64,000 nucleotides of DNA from Geosiphon pyriformis uo1 (taxonomy: Eukaryota > Fungi > Glomeromycota), in contig JAAOMT010000283.1 of assembly GCA_016748015.1 (NCBI GenBank), positions 500,108 through 564,107 of the forward strand, read 5' to 3'. Below the pieces are notes generated by a model. The model was not told the origin of the DNA. It did no database searches and saw only the letters and a list, made by a program, of their open reading frames with translations. A program made the position numbers and the translations under genes. The stretch's first letter is position 1. The number at the start of each line of letters is the position of its first letter. Below, piece by piece: positions 38,939 through 53,297 of the stretch.

Positions 38939-41859
38939 ATGGCGAGTTTATCAAGCGTGCCATCGTTTGAAAATCTCGAACTTATTCCACAATCGCGAAA
39001 CAATCGACTTTTCTCTTCTATTGTCAAGACTCTATTACATAACGGAAACGCGTGGATGTCGGCAAAGCAATTAGTTGGTAAATGGAAACTACAGTCGGCA
39101 CTCGATATAACGATTATGCGGTATAAGGAAGTATATAAACTTTCTTGTTATAAGAAAGTTCTTCACTGAAACACCCTTATTCAAATAGATTCAACATAAT
39201 GAAATCTATAATGGAATTCTGATAGAATGAAATTTACCTTGTTCCCGGCGCCTCATTATATCGAGTTGCGACTGTGTTGCTCATTTTTATTTCGTATATT
39301 TTTGATGAACATCTCAAAAGACATTTCATCCCTATCTTATTTTAGAGGGCTGTCGTAAATTACATCTAGCTAAACTAGGGTATGTATTATTTATCTTTAT
39401 TTTCAATAACTAATTAAATTATCCTAGGTAGCAGTATATCCCGTTCTGAGATTCTTTAAGTAATTATTAAGCATCATCTAATGAGTTTCTGTTCCCGTTA
39501 AAAATAAAGAGGTAACACACCGGCTTCGACTATTCAAGGAACAATTTCGACAGCTTTATCACTTGCCGAGAAAGAAAACGCCATTCCACCCGTCGAAAAA
39601 CAGAAAAATGGACCTTTTACTTTTTATCGTATCTCGCCTCAGGTTTTTCCGGGGAATTCTTCAACAGATGACAATAGTCCTAACTATTCATATTCGTCTA
39701 ATACTACAACAGAAACCCACTTAACTATGGACAGAGAAAGGAGCCCAAACGCGCATATAAAGTTTACATCATCAACTTCATCATCATCATCATCATCCTC
39801 CTCCCCCTCCCCCTTCACCTTAAGGAGTGAAAACCTTGACACTGATCTTAAACAGGAAGCTATTGCTTCCCCAGAGGAATTTGAATCATTTCAGCACAAC
39901 GCTATGGAAATCGATCAAGAATTGAACACATCTCAATATCGTTCTCATGAAAAGAAGGCTCTTGCCGCAGACCAGGCCGGTGTTCGCACTCGCGCTAGAA
40001 AAAAGGCCGACGAGTATATGTCAGAGTTTGATTATAAAAAGCACGGATGGTTTTTCCAAGAATACGATCCATCAGGGGAAACCATAGATTCAAGGCCCGT
40101 TGACTCCACCAACGAAACCAACAAACTAAAAAGAGAACAAGAAATAAGCACAAACCTTGGCTCTCCATCAACGGCAAATATAATGTTCAATAATATCCAT
40201 AATAAAAATCGGGAACGATTTCCGAAAAAGGATCCCGGTGCATTGGAGGATTCTGAAAGTGAAACCAGTCATGAAAATCATTACTTGACTTCTAAGCAAA
40301 ACCAGTCATTAGGATCCGTCAAAGCTCAAGCTAACGGACTCAAGAATAATAAACAAAATATGCATGAAAAATTTAATGCAAAATCAGATATAGGAAATAA
40401 GAAGGCTAAAAGAGAAGAAAACCATCCCATCGTCGCGAATAATATGGAATATAATGAAAAATTAAAACATAGCATGAAGAGTAACTCGACTCGTAGAACA
40501 GAATTCACTAAATACGACCAATATAGTGGATCATCTTTTTCAAAAACCTCACGTAGAAACAACACTTATGAAAAATCCGGCTCATTACCCTACCACATAC
40601 CTGGATCTTCTAAAGAACAAATACCCTCAGACCAGTATGTACTAATAAGTTATTTATCGACTACATTTTCAATGACAATATTATTACCTTTTTCCTATTA
40701 ATCCAGAGCGGAAATGATGGATGTTGATTTGTTGACGACTTTTGGTCCATCAGATTTTGATATTAACCCCAGCTTTTATCCATCGACATTTGCGGTTGCC
40801 CAAGAAATTGGTTACGGGTATCCAAGATCTCGAAATGTTGCTAGGATCAAAGTTCCCAGCAAAATTACTTGTGAAGACACCTTTTGCATCAAAGACCTGT
40901 TAAATACAGATGGAAGCCATCTTGCTAGGCTATTCTGCCTTGCCGATGGACATGGTGGTCAAGCTTGTTCTTTGTTTTTGAAAGAAAATGTGCCCATTTT
41001 GATTGAAAAGATGCTGCAAGGATATAATCCTGAAGAATTAGACAAACTTGACGGCCAAGATAGATATACAAAAGAAATGAAAGAATTAATTCGAAATTTG
41101 AATAACACATATCTGGATATAAAGCGCCAGCAATTTCTTGATTTTCAATCCAAGCCTAGTGGAACACCACCCGTAGATGATGGCTCAACATTGATAATTA
41201 ATTTGTTCTTTGGTAAATATTTTATCAATGTAAACGTTGGTGATTCTCGTACCATTCTGGCCACTCGACATAAGAATGGAAAGTGGGATATATCTCACGC
41301 CAGCGAAGATCATAAACCTTCCCTTGAACGGCTCGCTATTCCAGTATTTATGAATGGGGGTGAATTTGTTGATCATGAAGGTAAAAGAAAGGAATTTGAT
41401 CCCACTCCTAAAAGCCGCATGAGATTAGGACTCAAATTCGCTAGAATCACACCAAAAAAGCCGGAAAATAATCTTGGAATTCCTTACCGAAACTCGAAGC
41501 AGGTCAACTTATCCTTGAACGTGGCTTCTACATTTGGTGATCTGCTTTTCAAACTAAATCCAGAAAAGCCGGTAGTTGACTGCATTTCTGACGTCTCTTT
41601 TGTCAAACTTGGTGACGGTGCTAAAGAGACCGGGGATCAATTTATGCTCATGAGCAGTGACGGGCTTTTTGATCATCTATGGGAGGAGAAACCAGAGGAA
41701 CAAAATCGAGGAGTTTTACGAAGGATTGTACAGAAATTAGATAAGGGACAGTCCGCGCTGGAGGTGTTGAACTATTTCGCGAATCGAGAAGAGCGTAATT
41801 TGTACCGAGATGATAAGCAGGAATGGGATGATTTCACTTGTATATTAGTAATGCTGTAG
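38939..41859 (+). CDS. PP2C/PPM-family protein phosphatase with N-terminal HARE-HTH/GDS1-like winged helix; exons 38939-39077, 39346-39379, 39510-40634, 40707-41859 (816 aa)
   Basis: Three GT-AG introns with consistent phases (1,2,2); total 2451 nt in frame. PP2C motifs CEDT, DGHGG, DGST, NVGDSR, DHKP, FGD, SDGLFD, DDFT. Spliced N-terminus LFSSIVKTLL..GNAWMSAKQLV..LAKLGGNTPASTIQGTIS. Confidence 0.9.
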
Positions 41860-42856
41860 AATAGGATCCACATGTGTTTTTTAAGGAATGGATAATTCTC
41901 ATGATAGCAGCAAGATTTTAAAAATTTTTGAGCTGTTAAACAAGCATAGATGCTTATATTTGGACGAAACTCTTTGGATTAAAGACCGGCTCAATAAACC
42001 AACAGCTTTATGTCGATCTATGGAATCCCGGGGATGAGAAAGGTCCAAACGGAGTTATCTTGCAATTTGTGTATCATCTAAAGACTTGATATTGCTCGAG
42101 AAGTGAATAATTTTGTCCGAGTCATTAAAGGTCACGAAGTAAGAATATTCCTCATTTACGGGCAATCACAGCTGTTTTATTCGCTGGGTGGTTTCTACCC
42201 ATACCCAGGTTTGTGGAAAGAAACTTGCCTATGAATAATTTTGCTGGATGAATTTCTAGTGATAAAGACATAAATTAATTAAAAACTCAGCTGGTTATTT
42301 CAGATCATGGCGTTATATCGTTTCCGCGTACGCTATCAAACGGATTCACTTAAAGGCTGAAATCTGTTTATACTTTGTTGGATATCTTCAGGAAATCTAT
42401 CAATGAATATATCTGTTTGTTATCATTCAAAACCTCTTGTTATTGTCATTAGAAATTAAACATGGGTTAGAGTAAAAATTCATCTATATTGCTAACTATA
42501 GTAAAATTGAATTACTGGTTATTTGATTTTTGCTATTTTAAATAAACAACAAGTTATTTTTAATTAAATTGTTTATATGATTAATAATTAAGTTTATATA
42601 ATATGTAAAAATAATAATGTGTTATTAAATAAAATTGTTTTTTATAATAATTATCTAATTTAATATTTATTTGTTTTATAATTATAATTTATTTATAAAT
42701 TATATAAAAACATTTTATAATAAATATAAAGCATAAAAAACTTCTTTCTCTCTTACATCCAAAAATTCCTAATGAGCATTTTTCTGAAAAAAAAGTTTTT
42801 GTGTTTTTTCTTGTTAGTATTATTTCAATATTTTTTTATCTAATAACTCTTTTTTC

Positions 42857-44694
42857 ATGGAGCTGGAGGCTGCTTCAAGTAGTAACATGTCTAAGAAAAA
42901 GGCACCCAAAGATGCTTTCTATGGTCTTGCTAGTGATTCTTTCTCACAAAAAAAGAAAGTTGTTCTTGGTAATATCAAACACTTTGGTAATAAAAAAAAT
43001 ATCTTTTTGTCCAAATTTGGGTCTGGTAGTAGTGTGTTTTCTGATGTGAATAGTCTCTCTGATAATGATAAGAATATTGGCATGACTGACATAGTTGATA
43101 GTTCTATTCTGGATTTAATTGCTAACACTCTCAAAGCAAAACATATTAACACTAGTGCTAATTTTGGTTCTCTTCTCAGTTTTCCCAACTTTAATGTAAA
43201 TGATGATAAGATTTTTCTTTCTCTTTATATAAATGTCTCTTTGAAAAAGATATGAATTAACTTCAAGATTACTAAAGTCCAAGTGAAAGTATTTGTTAAG
43301 AAATCTTTTGTGTTGGACATTAATTTTTTAGCTGTGAAAAAAAAATTGGCAATGGCAAAAATTCAACTCATTAAAAAAATTTTTCATTAGTTAATGGTTT
43401 TGGGAAGATCATTACCTCCTCAAAATTTGAGAGAATCATTCAATTTATATTTACATCAGAAGAAAACATGAAAAAAACCACATCATTGGCCAGAAAAAAA
43501 AGAATCAATGTAAACAGTAATCTCAAGAAACAAAAAATTTATTCAGATTGAGCCATGATCATTGCTGTAGTATCTGAGTTTAGTAATATTAAGTTGATTA
43601 GAATTTAATTGATTGAAATGTGGCAAAAAACTGTAGTAGAATTTGCCAAATTGGATCAGACTGAACAGCTAGCTTCAAAGTGGTCATTCTTAATTGGTAA
43701 GAACTCTGTATGTGTGACTATAGCCATGAAAAATCATAAAACTTGGACATCTAAGGATTGGTTTAGAGTGCTGCTGTTTACTTTGCTTATAAGAACAACA
43801 GTTCATAATTTGAGTACTTTATTGAACAGAACTGATAGAAAAATTTGTGTTATAAATTAATTATTAGACACTGGCAATAGGTTTTATTATGCTGTTATTA
43901 ATTTTGACTTTAATAAGAAATTAGAGTTTGCTTTCTGTATAAAGCCAATTCTGGGTGATGTCAAACTCTCTTGGGCAAGATTGGATCTGGTTCAATGTAA
44001 TAAATATAGTAGGTTTAATTATTCTGCTTTGGAATGTGACACAATGATTGCATCCATTTTTAATATCTTGAAATTATTTAAAAAGTCTACTTTTGATAAA
44101 AATCATCTTTAGTTAGCAAGATTGTACACCAAAAAAAATGTTTCTATTGTTTGCCCTGCTGCTTTTGGTGGCAGATTATGGGCTCAAGTAGTTTTGACAG
44201 TATTTGCTTTTCATGATTCATCTGCTGGCTCTAGTGCTAGTTTTTTTTTATTTGGTACTTTAGATTCTAATGAAATCTCTCCTTTTGCTTTGTTGGATGA
44301 ATCTTTTTTGAATGCTTATTTGTTTTCTTTGAAATGCTTTTTGAAGCTCTTAGCTGATCAGGTTTCTAATATTGTTTACAAGCTTAGTGGTGTGAAGTTG
44401 GTGTTTTTGGCTGTCTCTTCTCTTTTTCATGTTCTTATCAGCCCAATGACTACTGAATTGAATATTGATTTTAACATGGTTTTGAATAATTTAAAGGTTT
44501 TGTCTCTACCCTTCTCTTTAGTCACTGTTGATATCTTAGTTTTGGGTCTAAATAGTTCAAAAATATTGACTACCAAAATTGGCAGCTTGGAGTCGAAGTT
44601 GGTGGCTCTTAAGATCTCTATTAATTCAGTTTTAGTGAAGTTAGATCTGTTGTGTACTGATTCAGTTTCTTCTGCAAACTCTTCTTTTCAATGA
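42857..44694 (+). pseudogene. LINE ORF1
   Basis: Fragmented ORFs 42857, 43609, 44122; decayed zinc knuckle ~43995-44040. Confidence 0.75.
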
Positions 44695-45937
44695 ACAAGT
44701 TGATATGGAAAATAGCCACATGCAATGTTCAGGGTATTAATATCTCTGCCAAGCAGGAGAACATTGTTTGTTGGCATAAGGATTTAGGAAATATTGTTTT
44801 AATTGTTATGAAAACAAAGTTAAGATTTAGCATTAGGCTATAGATAATAAATAAGTTTGATGGTGTTCGGATTTTTGTGTCTGGTTTGGATAAAGACTTT
44901 TTTGGTACTAGAGTGGCTATTATTATGAACAATTCTTTAGTGCAGCATATGTTTAAGGTAGAAGAAATTCTTGGTTAGGTTATTTCAGTAAGGCTTTTGT
45001 TTAAAAAAAAACTGTTAGTTACAATCTTAGGTTTATATATTAGTGCATCTACTAAAGTAAGGTTTGGTCAAGTGTTGTGTGTTAACTTTCTTATTGTCAA
45101 AACTGTCAATCCAAGTACTTTTGTGGTGTTGGGTGAGAACTTCAATAAAGATGGCTCAAAAAAAAGTGCAAGTTTCAAGTTTTGTATTGATTTGGGTTTG
45201 GTTAACTCATTTCATGGGCATTCATTAATTAAGACTCTTACATAGAGCAATTCTAGAAATATTAAAAGAGTCATTAATTTTATTTTTGTGAACCAACATC
45301 TGGTATCTACAATTGCTAATTATAGGATTAATTTAGTATCTAATTTCTTTGATATTAACCACAAAGCAGTTTCAGTTGCAGTTGGTTTGAGCAGTCTTTT
45401 GAATGTTTGCCTTAATAATAGATGAAAGCAGATTAACAAAGACAAGTAGAAGTTTAGAATTAAGGATATAAATAACAATAAGTGGTTTCAGTTTAAAGAG
45501 TATTTGATGGGTAAATTTCTAAAGAGAATCATAGATTTCAATAGTGCAAAGAGCCATAATAATTTAAATACAATATAAAGATTCTAATAGAGGTGATAAC
45601 TGGTGCTGTAACAAAGTTTCTCTAAGCTTTGGTTTAGAAAGCTTGATTATATAAGAAATAAACATTCATCAAAATTTTTTTGACTGGAATTGTTGGTGGC
45701 TAAAATTATAAAGTGTTTGGTTTTAAAACAAAGTTCAAGAGTTGATCATCTTATTAACATCTGGACTGCTATTAATGAAGTGAAGACTATTAAAATTAGG
45801 ATCATAATCAACAATAGAACCAGTCTGAGTAAAATTATGTATTAACTTTCCTGAATTAAAAAAAATATCACAAATCCAAATATTATGAATCTAAGATTGT
45901 TAGAGATACTTTTATTAAGAAGACTATAGACAAATGT
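44691..45937 (+). pseudogene. LINE ORF2, apurinic endonuclease domain
   Basis: IATCNVQG, ETK, G-NFN, I-FIF and D-NH motifs. Confidence 0.82.
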
Positions 45938-46892
45938 TGTTACCAGTAGAATTTTAGCTATTAATTAGCATGAAATTACTCTCATAATTCCTATTATTAA
46001 TTAGCATATATTATTATTAATTCAATTATTACTTATTATTTAATCAAATTATCAAATATCATTACTCAATCAATAATCCGATTTGTACTCTAGAAATTAA
46101 AATGATCAAATTACACAATACTCTGAACCATTTAACATAGTCAAAATTCGCCGAAATTAATGAAAATTGGCCGAAATAATCAAATAGTTCAGTGAAATAA
46201 CTTATAGTTTACTGAAATGTATCTTTAGTTCACCCAAATTATAGCAAAAAGAAAAGTGCAAGTTTAAAGACTAGTACTACAACAAGTTGTATAAAAGAAG
46301 AGCTTCTCTCTTCAAAAAAATGTATCTTCTCATAGTATCTTACTTTAGATATTTAATTGAAACAAATCACTTTTTATCAAATCAAATAAAAATTAAATAT
46401 TCAAAAACCAAATCCTTTGATTATTACACTTGAAATTCTCTTAACACAACTAATGGTTTGAAATTAATTAGCTACCAATTTCAGTAGTTTGTTAGTGACT
46501 CCAGGCCTGGATAGAAAATATTTTCCTTGATAAAATTCTATTTTTTTTGCATTTTTTTATTTTTTTTTTCTTTTCTTATTACAATCATTAGGGTAGCCTA
46601 CAAACGAGATTTCTGTAGAAGAGTTGACTTTCACAGCAAAGTAACTACACATTTTAGTGAGCTTTCAGATGAGCAATTCTTGGGAAAGAGTTGACATTTA
46701 CTACAACATAACTATACAAGCAACTGGCATGGAATTGGCCATTCCACTTATAAGTCCAGCAGTTCAAATTATAGGAGATAATTTGAAGATAAATTCAGTT
46801 ATTGAAGGTCCAACTACTTCCTGGAAACGTAAATTCACAGCAAATCAACATTAACAACATTCAAGAAAAGAGACCAAAAACCTCTGGTAATA
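45938..46892 (+). repeat. 5' LTR of element E
   Basis: TGTTACC...GGTAATA; homologous to 61559-62537. Confidence 0.88.
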
Positions 46893-49800
46893 TTTGGTGC
46901 TCTCCCACAGAAATAACACAGTAAAAACAACTTCAAAGTAGCAACCACACCAGACACAACAACTCTAGAGTATTATTAGTCAATTTACACCCACTATAAG
47001 CAAAGATTCAACATTCCAGACGGAATTAAAGTTGTTAAGAAATCAGTATATCAATATATTGAAAACCATATCAACAATTATTTTTTTGGAAACTACAATA
47101 TTTTAGAAGTTAGAAGCAATCTCTACAATAATTTAGTGCACTATTCACAATTGGGAACAGAAAACTTGAACAGTAAAACACTTTCTACCTACTTCCAAGA
47201 ACTTAATTTTAACATTATTGAGTATTGTAAAGAAAAATACCCAGTACAGTTTAAATACTTTTTTAACTTTGAATCAAAAACTGAACTAAGTAACAAAGAC
47301 AAACAAAAAGTAAAACAATACTCAAAAACCACTCCAAACACTCCAATACTACCAAAGACAACTGCCAATACTTACAAACATCTGAACAAGGAACCAGTGT
47401 CAAATTACTACTTTCTATTACACTATTTCCAATTTCATTTGCTCAACCACAAACACCAAATTCACTACTTAACTGTTTCTCCAAACCAGAAAATTTTCAG
47501 TCACCTAGAAATCCTACTCAACAGCAGAAACCAATATTAACCAGCACTAATATTATTGAGTACTTACAGGAAAACGAAAGTAATCATTCAGAGAACTTAG
47601 AAAGTAAAGAAACTGAATCAAAACCAGAAGAAATTACAGAGAACAAAAAAGAAATGGCAACTGCTTACATTGCAAAAATCCCAGAATTTACTGATGAAGA
47701 TAATAATACCAGCCTTCAAGAATGGCTTGACAAAGTTCAGAAAGCAGGAGATGCAAATGGTTGGAATGCAGCAAGAATGCTCAAAGCAATCCCATACTTT
47801 CTTTAAAAAACTGCAGGAGAATGGTTTGAAAACTTGAAAGACTCTTTTGAAAACTGACAAGCATTTAAATATGCTTTCTTACAACAATTCACTAACAACA
47901 ACACCTTTATCACTCTCTGCAATTGCTTTCACAATATCAAACAAGAAACATTTGAGACTGTTATGACTTATCTTGGGAGATTCAACAAACTTCTTCAACA
48001 AATTCGACAATTGGAAACCAATGACTACTATTTTGATGCCCAGATTCTGGATCAGTTTATAGCAAGATTAAAAGACAAATTGATTAAGAAAGTCAGTCCA
48101 CATGTACCAGCAGACTTAGCAACTGCCATTAGACATGCAAAAAACTATAAAATGGCAATAGAAGAAGCAAACCACACCAAACTTGTAAATCTAGCTATTG
48201 GAAAAACCAGCTTAGCAGCTAAAGAGAAAATAGACCAACTCACAAAAAAGATTGAAAACTACTTTACAAACCAACAACAGCAGCAGCAACCCCAAAAATA
48301 TCAACCACCACAATGACACAACCAAAACAACTTTGGATCACCATCCAACAACCAACCTTAAAGTTGTTATTATTGTGGAATCTCAGAACACTGAAAACAA
48401 AATTGTAGAAAATTACAAAGAAACCAACAAAAAAGAAGTAATAAATGTTACCCTTTATCACAACAATCTTACTACCAACTTCTACTATCAACTTATTATC
48501 TACCAAGACCACAAAATCAAAACAATTACTATAAATCAGCTCCACAATTAATACAGCAACAATATTAGCAACCTTTACCAATTTAGCAATATCAGACACC
48601 ACCCACTCAACAATATTAAGTACCAGCCAGAAAATTGGTTCAACATAACCAATTCATACCCCAAAATCAATTTCAGAATAACAACAACAGAATCAACCCA
48701 AATAACCAGTTGGTTTCTCGAAATTCTGGTCAGCAAAGACCCAATCACTATTACACTCAATCCAGTTATCTTATAATGCCTGAAAAATCGAATTTTCAAC
48801 AATCTGCACTTTTTGAAAATGAAGTTGCAGCACCAAGATCAAACCCTTCCAACAATACCATTCCACCAGCCCAAATTGCCCAAAATGCCAATCTTTTAGA
48901 TATCTTTTCATTCGAATTTGAAGCCAATAAATCACCATTTTTGCTTAGTAATACAGCAGCTAATAAACAAAGAGCTATTACTGCCATGTACACTGAAACT
49001 ACAGTAGAAGGAAAACCCATCTGACTAATTTTAGACAGTGGATTAGCTAAAAGTATTATCACCTACCAGTTAATGCAACAGCTTTAAAGAACTGTTGACA
49101 GACCAGCCCAAACTGTAATTGTTATAGCAGATAGTATGAAAAAGACACCAGTAGAAGAAATTAACAATTTCCCATTTACCATTGATGGAATTACCATTCC
49201 AGTCAAAGTTCTAATCATGAATGCACCCCAATACCAAGCTCTAGTCGGAAATAATTGGCTTCTTAAGGCCAATGCAAACTTAGACTGAGAAACTCAGGAA
49301 CTAAAAATCTCATACCAAGGACAATACACTATAGTACCTACTATTTGTGGTACTTTTAACAAACAATCAGAAAAAGCCCCAGTATTTGAATTTGAAAAGG
49401 AGAAAGAAATACCACTTACTGAAACCTACATGGCTCTTGGATCAACATCCAATTGGGCTGAAAAAACAGAACAGGAGATTTTTGAAGAATCAAAAAGATA
49501 GAAAAAAGTTAGATATTCTACACCAGAACCATGGAAACAACCACACTATATTCCACTCAAATGCAAAGATTGCAACAAGAAACTTTTATCAATGGAAACA
49601 TGTATTTCTTTAGAAGAGAAATATGAAACTTGTACCTGCTACTTTTGCAAAACATACCATAGAGAACGATTTGGATCTCCAAAAAGAAGTGGAAAATGGG
49701 ACAACACACCTTGTCTCACATGTAGAAATATGCTACCAGAAGAATGCAACTGGATTGATGTTGCAATGAGAAGAGGAGTATGTGATCAAATCTGTCAATA

Positions 49801-51365
49801 TGCTCTATCAATTTCGAAAAAAATCAGAAGAGGAACACCATTTGATGCAGCATACAACAGTGCTCTCAATAAACTCTACTACTATGCTCATGATGATAAA
49901 ATAATTTTTGACTTAGCAATGGCATTAATCAATAGAACCACACAAGAAAATGTCCGCCAAATGAAAGAAGCTGAATACATTGAAAATACAATGAAATTAG
50001 CTGGATTCAACTATAAAAATGAAGTAAAGACATACTACCAAATTGCAAGCCACACATACTCAACTCAAGAAGCTTAAATTCAATGATTAAAGCAAATGAA
50101 CATTTAATTATGTGAAGAATACATCATGCCTTGTGATGACAAATGGTGTCCAGAATGCTATGCTTTCAGCATTTTCTTACCCAGTGAAAATGACCAGGAA
50201 AAAATCGAATTTGGAAAACCTGAAACAAAGAAAAAAATTACAACAACACCAATCTATTTTACTAAAAACCAGCCTGCTATACAATTCAAATACTTTGACA
50301 ACAATGGGCAAGGAATAAAACCAGAAAAAGCCCACAAAATTGATGCAAGATATTGATCTCAGATATCCAAACAAAGACACTTTGGTTCTCCAACCAAAAT
50401 CCTTGACAAAAATCAATCTCAAAATTGCTCTTGAAATTCTACCTGGAGCAATAATTCAAATTACATCTAAATTATTATTAGCAAGCAAAAGAATCAACAT
50501 TAGAGAAGGAGTTATAAATGCAAGGTATATTAGAGACATTACTATCATGTTACAGAATGAAACAGACAAACCATTTAGGATTAAACATGCTGAAAAAATT
50601 GCCCAAGCAATTTACTTACTCTTAATCAACATTTCGGGTCTATAATCAGTTAACAACAGAAAACAATTGAGAAAAAGTGAAAGAGAAATGCAAGGTTTTG
50701 ATTCAACCAGACAATTTACAGTGCCAGTAAACATAGCTCTCAATACACAGAATGAATCTCACCAGATTCTTCAACTTCTCCAACCAATTACCATTTCACC
50801 TTTTAGAGAACATCATGAAATTTACACTTGCTCAAAACTTACCACTACCCAACAAATTTTTGAATCCAATGAACAAATCTGTTTGAAGCATGAAATTTCA
50901 ATTCCAAATGTTTATATTCCCAAAGGAATAAAAAAATTTCAAGTTATATTCTACAACCCCAATAATTACCCTATTGTCTTATTAAACAAATTAAAGATTA
51001 GAATTATATACAGTAATATTTTTTAAGATGAAAACTCTCAAATTGTCTCTAATTTCATCGAAATTGTAAGACACACTCTACTCTCAAATCCAAATATCAT
51101 TCCTACCACTGAAAACTACCACCTTTTGAAAAAAAAACTTTTTCGAATCAACATAGGTCCCTTAGAACTTAAACAACAAAGACAATTGAAACAATTGATA
51201 GCTGAATTTGCAGATATATTTGCAAAAGACAACAATGATCTGGGAAAAACTGATATTGTCCAACATCAGATTCATACAAGAGATGCTCCACTAAAATGTT
51301 AGCAAGCTTACAGAGTGCCACCTGCCAGCCACTAATTTATTAGAGAAAAAGTCCAGAGAATGCTC
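45938..51365 (+). mobile_element. Gypsy element E (dUTPase-bearing), truncated early in RT
   Basis: LTR 45938-46892; PBS tggtgctctccc 46895; capsid IAKIPEFT; CYYCG..EH..QNC; LILDSG; Cys-rich region; dUTPase ~50320-50715; YRVPPASH. Confidence 0.88.
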
Positions 51366-51850
51366 CATATATAGCTGGTAAATGGCTTGAGCTTGTGTGG
51401 TTAGATTGTTCTTTCCCACAAATTGTTCTAGTTGTCTCAGTATTGTTGTGTTGAATAATCATTTTGTTTTGTTGGTGTACAAATTCTGGATATTTACATG
51501 TTGTTCCAAGTGGAAATGGCAATAGTTTTTCAGAAATTGTTGCGTCTACCAAGTCCAATTTTCTCTAGTAAGTTCTTGGTATAGTCCGACTATTTGTTGT
51601 TCTTTTATGGCCAATTTTATCTTGGTCATGATCTTGTCAACAACATTTTCAAGTCTTTTTTATACTTTGTGTTATGGTGTCTTTGCCGTATTTTTGTAAC
51701 AAATAGTTTGTTAATTGATTGTAATTTCTATTTCCTGGTGTTGGATTAATTGAAAAATTTGTTGGGCTAGTGAATAGATATTGTCCATAATTTCCATTTT
51801 TCTGATCTCTTCTGTTGTGTCAACCATGTTTTTATATATTCTTTTGTTGA

Positions 51851-53233
51851 TTAATTAGACATATTGTTGTCAATAATAATTATTGGTTCTAGATCTTGTG
51901 GAATCTCATCTGGTTGGACTAGTATTCTCTGTACTCCCAATTGTAGAATATTATTAATAGATGCTGATGCTATCTGGTAATATGGTTTCAGTCGATCATC
52001 ATATGCTGCTTTGGCTAAGATTCTGTTGTCCAGTCTTAATTTGTAAGCACCATTTCCTAAAATTTCTTTTATGTGAAATGGTCTATCCCATTTGGGGTCA
52101 AATTTTCCACCCCATTGTTTTTCCGCTTTGGTACAATGTAGTAATACTTTGTCTCTAATCTTGAATTCAACTGGTTTGTCTAGTAGTTGACTATTATGTC
52201 TTTTTTTCTGTTTTTCTTGTGACTTTTGAATATTACCAGCTGCTCTTTTTTGTTTGTTTTCCAATGTTTTCATTAAGTCGTATGTTTTTCTCAGCAATGG
52301 TTCTTGAAAATTTTCTTCTGTTATTGGTTCAGCTGGATATGTATTAATTTCTCTCTCTACTGGTAACATTGCTGTTTTCCTATACACTAATTCAAATGGT
52401 GTTGCTTGTGTAGTATCTTGTTTCATTGTCCGATAAGCAAATAGTACTGATGATATGAACAAATCCCAATCATTCTGGTTTTCTTGGCTGAGCTTAGCTA
52501 TTGCTTCACACAATGTTCTGTTGAATTTTTCAACTAATCTGTTGGTTTGTGGATGATATGGTGATGATAATGGTCTTTTAATTCCGAATCTTTGGCTCAA
52601 TTCTGTTAATGTTCTGTTCACAAAATGAGTTCTTTGGTCTGATAATAATTCTTTTGGACATCCATGTCGACAAATTAAATCCTGATGAATGAATTTGGCA
52701 ACAGATTCTGCATCCGCTCTTTGAATTGCTTTCGCCTCTGGCCATTTAGTAAGATAGTCCATAGCTACTGCTATGTATCTGTTTCCTCTGCTGGTAATTA
52801 TTAATGGTCTGACTAAATCAATTCCAATATGGTCAAATGGTTGTCCCACTTTGATTGGTCTTAATGGTTCACTGGGTCTTGTTCCTCCTCTTTGCTGACA
52901 AGCATCACAATTTTGAACATATTGAATGATGTCTGGGTACATTGATGGTCAATAGTATCTCTTTCTGGTTCTTTCTATGGTTGCTTCTTTGTGAAAATGT
53001 CCTGCTGTTGGATTTGAGTGCATGTTGAATAATATGGTTTCTTTTTCTGGCTCTGTAATTACTCTGGTTGGTTGATCTGGATCCCTTCTATTTTTCTGAT
53101 AAAGTATATTTTGGTGAGTGATAAAATATTTTGATAGTTGTTTGATACTCTTTCATTCTGTTTGAGATAAATTTTCCTTGAACTGTTGAGTGGTTATATA
53201 CTGTTGAAGTTGTTGATCTTTTTGTGTGTTCAT
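51851..53233 (-). pseudogene. Element G integrase (stand-alone ORF)
   Basis: Starts MNTQKDQQL; MHSNPTAGHF, CDACQQR, IGIDLV, LLSDQ, YHPQTNRLVEKFN, KWDRPFHI; no chromodomain seen. Confidence 0.92.
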
Positions 53234-53297
53234 CTTTTATTGTATTTTTCATTGGTATTGTTCTGGTTTTTGTTATATTTTTGGGTTTGAAATGTTT

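Larger units (their letters stand above)
42740..45937 (+). mobile_element. Non-LTR retrotransposon (APE-type LINE), 5' part, interrupted by element E
   Basis: ORF1 42857-44694 with decayed CCHC (QCNKYSRFNYSALEC); ORF2 starts MNKLIWKIATCNVQGIN...ETKL...VLGENFN...DINHKAV (APE motifs). Confidence 0.85.
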
